A stretch of DNA of 64,000 bases. Source: Selaginella moellendorffii. Taxonomy: Eukaryota; Plantae; Lycopodiophyta. Positions 56,798-64,000 of the stretch are shown piece by piece. The position numbers were made by a program, and so were the translations under genes. Under the pieces are notes generated by a model. That model was not told where the DNA came from and made no database searches. It was given only the letters and a program-made list of their open reading frames with translations. Numbering within the stretch: the stretch's first letter is position 1; each line of letters begins with the position of its first letter. The DNA is taken from contig NW_003314312.1 of the NCBI RefSeq assembly GCF_000143415.4, positions 797,510 through 861,509 on the forward strand, written 5' to 3'.

Positions 56798-59700
56798 TGT
56801 GAGTGCTTGGAATATGAAAAGGGAATATAGAAAATGTGCATATCAATTAACCCAAAAACCCTAGTTTATAAACAGGAGCAAGTGGTCTATATTGAAACCA
56901 ATCCGACGACTACCAAAATCCCACTAGGCTAATATTAATATACGGCATCGTAGCTGTACACTTGGCCTTCACATCATCCCCTCCTCTCAAAATAATGAAA
57001 GACCATCAGGATTCTCTTATAGACAGGCCAGGATTTAGAGGAACGTCAAGAGTAGGCATCGGCGGATCTGTAGGTGGTATTAACTTTTCCTGATCCCTTT
57101 GTGTGAAACGTTTCAACTGCTGCATATGCACAATCTCTGGAGGATCGGCTTGCTGGATATTATGCCGAACTTCATAAACTTGTGGTCCAACTTGCTGCAG
57201 CATCCAATACGGTCCTTTCCACTGCGCAAGAAGCCCATTAGATAAACCATGTATTGTAAGATGGGGAAAACGGACTAACACTAAATCATCCACTTTATAA
57301 TCTATATGTGGATGATGATGGGAGTTGTAATGTCATTGTTGTCCCACTTGTATGCAGCCTAAGTGTTTAGCAGACTCTGCTCGGACAAGTGGAAGAATAC
57401 TCGTCAAATATTAATCCCATGACCTAGCATCGGCAGCTCGTGGCAATTGTGATGGTAAACCCAGCTCCGTTAGAATATTGGATCATGACCATATATGAGT
57501 TTATATGATGAAGCACCAACAAAACTCTACACCTCTGTGACATATGCATACCGAAGAGACAGCAAATAACCATCCCAATTCGAATACTAAAAGTTCATAT
57601 ACTTCGCAATCATCCTTTTGAATGTCCGAATGAGCCGTTCCACCACACCGTTTGATTGTGGATGATAAGCACTCGTGAAAGTGTGGCGTATCCCCAACCG
57701 AGATGTCAAAACATGAAATGCCTTAGCCATAAATGCGGGACCATTATCTGAAAGAATTTGCTCTGGACAAGAATGCTGGAATACCACTCGATTGAGGAGG
57801 AAGTATTCAACAGCAGTTGCAGAGGCACTAGCAAGAGCACCAACTTCCACCCAATGAGTCAAGTAGTCAGAAGCAATAATAACATACTCATTGCTAGCAG
57901 TCGACCATGGAAAAGGTCCCATAAGATCAAATGCCACCAACTCAAATGGACGAGAAACTGCAATTGACTCCAACTGTCCTTTCGTAGCACAAGAGGGAGT
58001 ATTACAAGATTGGCACTAAACATAGTTACGCACATACCAGATAATATCAAGTCACATTTTTGGCCAATAGAAAGACCTATGCAGCTTCTTGGTTATATGA
58101 CGATGTCCCATATGCCCACATAAAATAGGAGAATCATGGTAGACATGGAGAAACTACGGAATAAAGATAGAAGGCACCACCAGCTGTAAATGATCATGAG
58201 GATCTGTCCCCACAAAATAAAGAAGACTATTTTTAAGGCGATATTGAGAATGTAAATTCCGGAAAGGCAAGTCATCAGCAAGTGATGCAGGATTCTCAAA
58301 CCCATCTCGAAGCCTTCGAATCCACAACTCAATCTTTTGAGCCTTGCGAACCTCATTAAAAGAAGGTAGATCTTGTTTTGCACCTTGTGAACACTAAATG
58401 TCAAGTACAGCAACCGCCGGCGGCACAGAATCCTCATCTAGAAAATCCACAGATGCTGGAACAACAGACTCGTTAGAAATATGAGAAGAGAGTGGAAAAG
58501 GAAGAGGAGCTCAAGAAAAGGCATCAGCATCAGTATCAGCCATAGAACTTCTTGGGCAATGAACAACATCAAAATCATGTATCTGAAGCTTCAAAGCCCA
58601 TCGAGTAGTACGACTCACTATATTCTTCCGCTTCTATAATGAAGTAACAAGAATATGGTCACCTTCAAGTAATGTCTAAGAACCATGTACATATGCATAA
58701 AGTTTCTCAAAACCCTATACTGCTGCTAAACACTCCTTTGTTGTAGAGTAGTTCATCTCTGCCAGTTGTAATGTACAGCTTATATATGCAATGGGATGGT
58801 GTTGACCATGTACACTCGGGCTCTCTTGCATCAATACACCTCCAAGACCAATGTCAGAAGCATCTACGTGCAAAATAAAAGGTCAAGTGTAGTCAGGATA
58901 TGCCAAAACCATAGGAGTCGTCAATAACTTTTTGAGATCCACAAACACCCGCTCACAATTTGGAGACCAAATGAAAGATGGCTTTGATGACTTCAGCAAC
59001 GCTCGCAATGGTGCAATGCAATCAGAAAGAAGATCCACAAAACGACTGAGATACTGCACCTTGCCCAAAAAACACTACACATCATTCACACACTTCAGAT
59101 AAGGGAACTTTACAACAACCACAAGTTTGTCAGGATCAACTTGTAAACTCTCTTGAGAAATATGGTACCCTAGATTGTGTCCTTGGACCCAAACATGCAC
59201 TTTGATCGCTTCAGCTTTAAACCAACATCGCGTAGCCAATCTAACACTTTACAAATATCACAAACGTGCTTCTCCCACATCCCCTCCGAGTGGATCAAGA
59301 CATCATTAATGAAGTTAGCACTCACCTCCGGTATATCGTAAAGAACCTCATCCATCATCCACTAGAAAGTTGCTAGAGAATTGTTCAAACCAAACGGAAT
59401 CACCAAGAACTTGTACAAACCAAATGGTGTACAAAAAAAAGTCTTAGGAATATCTTCTTCGGCCATCGGTACTTGCCAGTACCCAGAAGCAAGATTTAGC
59501 TTGGTGAACTAACGACTTCACCCCAGACGATCCAAGAGATCAGCAGTGTGAAGAAGAGGGTACACATGTGGGATTGTCACTTCGTTTAACGAACAATAGT
59601 CGATGCAAAAACGAATACTCCTATCAGACTTCGTCACAAGATGAGGTTCACATACCCAAGGACTCCACGACTTTGGAATAACACCCTTCTCCAACATCTC

Positions 59701-61729
59701 CTTGACGTTTGCATGTAAAATCTTGATCTCTTTTGGGTGACCGACAACGAACAAGAACTTTGATTGGACAAACATCCTTAGTTGGAATCGGATGACGTGT
59801 GGCAATCTTGGCCCTAGACAATAGGTCAAATTCAAAGAGGTCAGAATACTCCTTCATGAGCCAGTCAACTGCTGCAACACAAAGATTGTTGGAGGGATCA
59901 GAAAAGGGACGAGCAAAACAAACGGAAACATAGGAGGAAATAGTGGAGGAACAAATGTAATGGAAGTAAAGGTAAAAGTAGAGGGACAAAGAGGTATAGA
60001 AGTGAGAGGAATGGATGAAACATTGTCTCATACTTCCTTATGAAACAAGGGAGAGAAGCCTCAAAGTCACACTTGGTATGATTGTGCTGCAACCAATCCT
60101 CGCCTCATCTCGTGCACATGCATGTGTACAGCCGTTGCCACAAAGAATGAAAACTAGTTCTGCTGCACGACACAAATGTAAACGGCAACGTGTGGCAATA
60201 AGTCGAGCAATAGAAAATAAACTCAAACCTATATCAACCAACATGGAGAGAATAATAGGAAACCTCTTATTATAAAAATGAGCTTGGAAAGTAAACACTG
60301 GATGAACCGGTGCCGAATGAACCCCTTGATGATACTCCTGAAAGAAAGATGGAAGGGTCACTGACTTATTTGCGCAAGGTCCTTCCATTACTCGCGTGGC
60401 TCCTCATTTCCTGGATGCATCTCAATGTTCAGACCTTCCACTGTAGCAGCACTAACGGGACGTTGCTGACGCCAAGGTCTCCAACTAGGAAATGGAGGTC
60501 GCAAATCCGGAAAACACCGATAATGCCGATAAGTATAACCGACTTCATCACATGCCCAGTAGCGAATATCATGGCCATGACTACGTCCTCACCCTTGTCC
60601 TTGGACTCGAACAGCAGTAGCATCAACCTCCATGGGAACAGGACCAACACCCATAAGAAGTGGAGCTGAAGGACGTGAAACAAGAAGTGGAAGAGGTAAT
60701 GTCTTATAACGTTGTGCTAAGCGAAGGGCATCGTTAAGGGTGGCAGGAGCAAGTGCATGCACAAGTCTGACTAGATCTTGACGAAGTGCTGGCCATAACA
60801 TTTTTAGGTTGATTCACTCTGACATATTTGGCTCCACACGAAGCAAAGGACTTTGGAAACAAATGCCAAATTGCATCACCGACTCAAATGGCTTTTGGCG
60901 AAAATAATGCAATTGTTGGAAGGCATCATCATAGTCATTAGCATATCCGAAGGCACATTTGAAGACATCTGGGAGAACACTCCAATCCCCACGAGTGGCT
61001 GCGCTCAAACCATTGTACCACTACAATGTTGTCCCTTGGAGACACATGGGAAACTCATGCAAATGTTGAGCATCATCCCAAGAATGATATGTGGCAATCA
61101 CCGTGAAGTGATTGAACTAATGGTACATATCATCCCTAGGATTCCCATGAAAGAACTCCGGCCGAACGCAAGGATTGGCACCAAGAGCAGAAAGAGTTGT
61201 GCCACGTGCCATGAATGCTGCCATCAATTGAGTTTGGTTGTTCAATTGCAAGCATATAGCATCAAGCAATTGTACCAACTGCTGCTTCAAAGTCAAAACA
61301 AGAGATTGCTGATTTCCCATGAAGATGAACAAAAAAGAAAGAGCAAAAGAAGAGAAATGACAAAAAGCTAAAAGGAAATAGTTGATCTAGACAATGCAAA
61401 AAGCTAAATGTAAACTAAAATCCTAAAAGGAAAGAACAAAAGAAAGGAAATGGAAAAAATTACATCTAAACGATGCAAAAGCTAAATCTAAACCAAAATC
61501 CTAAATCTAAGCACTCCTCAGAGACAATCAAAGGTGCCCCTCACCTCCACTAATGTGAGTGTTTGGAATATGGAAAGGGAATACAGAAAATGTACATATC
61601 AATTAACCCAAAAACCTTAGCTTATATACAAGAGCGAGCGGTCCGGATTAAAAGCAATCTGACAACTACTAAAATCCTATTATGCTAATATTAGTATATG
61701 GCATTATAGCTGTACACTTGGCCCTCACA
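56798..61729 (-). mobile_element. Full-length but decayed Ty3/Gypsy LTR retrotransposon; LTRs 56798-56973 and 61554-61729
   Basis: About 176-bp TG...CA direct repeats; PPT GAGAGGAGGGGATGA next to the left LTR; gag, RT ([26 protein letters not shown]), RNase H (HVDASDIGLGGVL), integrase (RPFELVAFDLMGP, SDNGPAF, TSAYHPQSNGVVER, GPY); flanks AAGT and AGGT. Confidence 0.93.
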
Positions 61730-62770
61730 AGGTATATTTTACTATTTAAAAAATTATAAATATGTTTTATAATTTTTTAAAAATATATTATCATATTATA
61801 ATATTTAACATATAATCAAGCAGATTTATAATTTACAAACATCTTGATATTTTTTATTTTAAAAGAGTGGTGTAAATATTTCTTTGTATTAGTTTTAGTT
61901 CCTTGTAATAGTTATAAATGGGATTTAGATATAATGGTTTTATTTGATAGCATTGATTTGAAAGTTGTGATTCTAGTTTTGTCTTGAGTTAGTTAGTATT
62001 ATTAGTAACTAATCAATAAAAAGAAAAACTGCTACATGTCTAGCATACTATACATACAAGTTTACTTGAGAAAGTGGCAATGCACATGAAGAGTAAAGTG
62101 CTTCATATGAAATTTATTTTCCATTATTTTAATATAGTATTTGTGTAGTTTGAATTGTTTAGAAAACATCTTCATTTCAGCTCTATAGCATATTGACTAC
62201 AATATATAATCCATGTATTTTGAATTTAAAATGTGATTTATAATTTGCGGCTGTGCATCTAATATAACAACACTAAAAAAACTAAAATTATTATTTATAA
62301 TTGTAAAATTACAAAAGTTAGAAAAACTTATAAACATTCTTAAGAATTTATAAATTTAATAATAATCTAATATCAGTTATATGAAATAATATAATGCATA
62401 TTCAAGAATATTCTAAGTATACATATATATCATTTGACTAATAAGAATAAATACTTGGTAGAAATAAGGAAATATTACAATAATAAAAAATAATATTTAT
62501 TTTCTAACAAAAATAGATGTTAAAAGTAAGATAAAAATGAAATCTGTATTAAAAACTCCTAGTTTCATTTACAATGTAGTGTGAAAACTATTGCTTAAAA
62601 TATCAAATTAATGAGTATTATATAAATTTATTTATTTATATTATATTTATCCATTTAATATATTTCTTACATTAATAAAATTTAAATATGAAATTAATAC
62701 TAATTTACTTATAAAAGCTAAAATTTAAAATTTATTATGACTAATAGGAGTTTATATTTTTTATTCAAGA

Positions 62771-64000
62771 TGTGAGTTCCAAATATACAACTAAAATCCC
62801 GTATATTAATATTAACGTAGTGGGATTTTAGTAGCTATCAGATTTGTTTCAATATAAAGTTTTGGGGCTAATTCAATATACACATTTTTATATTTTACCA
62901 TATGTCATGTTTTCACATTCGTGGTGGTGAGGGGTAACTCTAATTATCCTGATAAGTGTTTAGGTTTGTGCTTTTGATTTAGATTTAGCTTCTATATCTT
63001 ATAAATCTCTCTTATTTGTATAGTTTTTCAACTTTTTATTTTTTGCATTTCTTCTTTTTGTTCATCTTCATGGCAAAATAACAACTTCCTCTTCTTTTGA
63101 CTTTGGAGTAATAATTAATGTAGTTGCTCAATGTTGTATAGTTGTAGCAATCATAGCACATGGTGCACCTCTTTCTACTCTTGTTGCCAATTCTTGTGTT
63201 CAACTAAAGTTTTTTTTATAGGAATCTTGAGGATGATGTGTAGTATTTGCATGAGTTTCCCACATGTCTCAAAGGGATGGCAATACAATGGTACAATAGT
63301 TTAAGAGTGGCAACTTGTGTAGATTGGAGCCTTCTCTGAAATGTACACGTGGACATCCTAATGATCGTAATGATGCATTTCAGCAATTGTATCATCTTTG
63401 TCAATAGTTATTTGAGTTAGTAATGCAATTTAGTGTCCACTTCCAAAACCTCTTATTTCATGTAAAGCTAAATATATGGTTAGCACTTCGTCAAGATCTT
63501 GTGGGCTTGTGCATACACTAATTGCAACCACCTTTAATAATGTCATTTAATTGTATAACACTATGAAACATCACCTTTCCCACATATCACTATAAATTTT
63601 ATAGTTCCACTTTCTATGGAAGATGATCCTATCACGTTATTGATCCTCTTTATTGATCTTCCAGATTATATGGGAAGAAGCTATTAGTACTAAGTTAAAT
63701 TTCGCTTATATGTAATACCAAGTGCTGATGGCTAAAATTAAAGTTCCTAAGGCTACTTTTCATAAATCATTTGGTTTATACAAGTTCTTTATAATGCCAA
63801 TGAACAATGCTCCAATAGCTTTCTTTTTAATAAATGATAGACGAGGTTCTTTGTGATATGTTAGAGGTGACTATTAACTTTATTGATGATGTTTTAATCC
63901 ACTTGAAGGGGATATAGAAGGAGCACATGTGATATTTGCAAAGTGCTAGATTGGTTGCGGGAAGTTGATTTAAATTTGAAGTAGTCGAAGTGCATACTTA
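62771..64000 (+). mobile_element. Second, more decayed Gypsy element of the same family in opposite orientation, internally deleted and running off the window
   Basis: 62771-62918 resembles the reverse complement of the LTR; GTGGTGGTGAGGGG PBS-like motif; gag-like 63200-63530; RT-like FGLYKFFIMP and NFIDDVLIH near 63770-63900. Confidence 0.8.

Overview
Eukaryotic, gene-dense land-plant DNA with very short (about 50-70 nt) introns and many PLS-type PPR genes. This style fits the lycophyte Selaginella (inference only). Left to right: the 3' end of an alpha-expansin; a germin-like protein (GLP) cluster with 3 intact intronless genes and 4 pseudogenes, most followed by a decayed intron-containing tRNA-Tyr on the same strand; RPS20; a GDSL lipase; a PPR gene; a 9-copy tandem array of tiny CxxC/HMA-like genes that includes a near-identical 3115-bp duplication and a BED-finger hAT-like insertion; an auxilin-like J-domain gene; two more PPR genes, one ending 22 nt before a tRNA-Ile(UAU); a mosaic of gene fragments; and an IGHMBP2/SMUBP-2 helicase with a partial duplicate. 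From about 45 kb the DNA becomes largely AT-rich and is filled with decayed Copia and Gypsy retroelements. One AT-rich island still holds an intact intronless ORF of roughly 20-25% GC that encodes a secreted protein with an unrecognised N-terminal domain and a C-terminal bulb-type lectin domain. The best candidates for novelty are this lectin island, the repeated mRNA-tRNA juxtapositions and the atypical HMA-like array.
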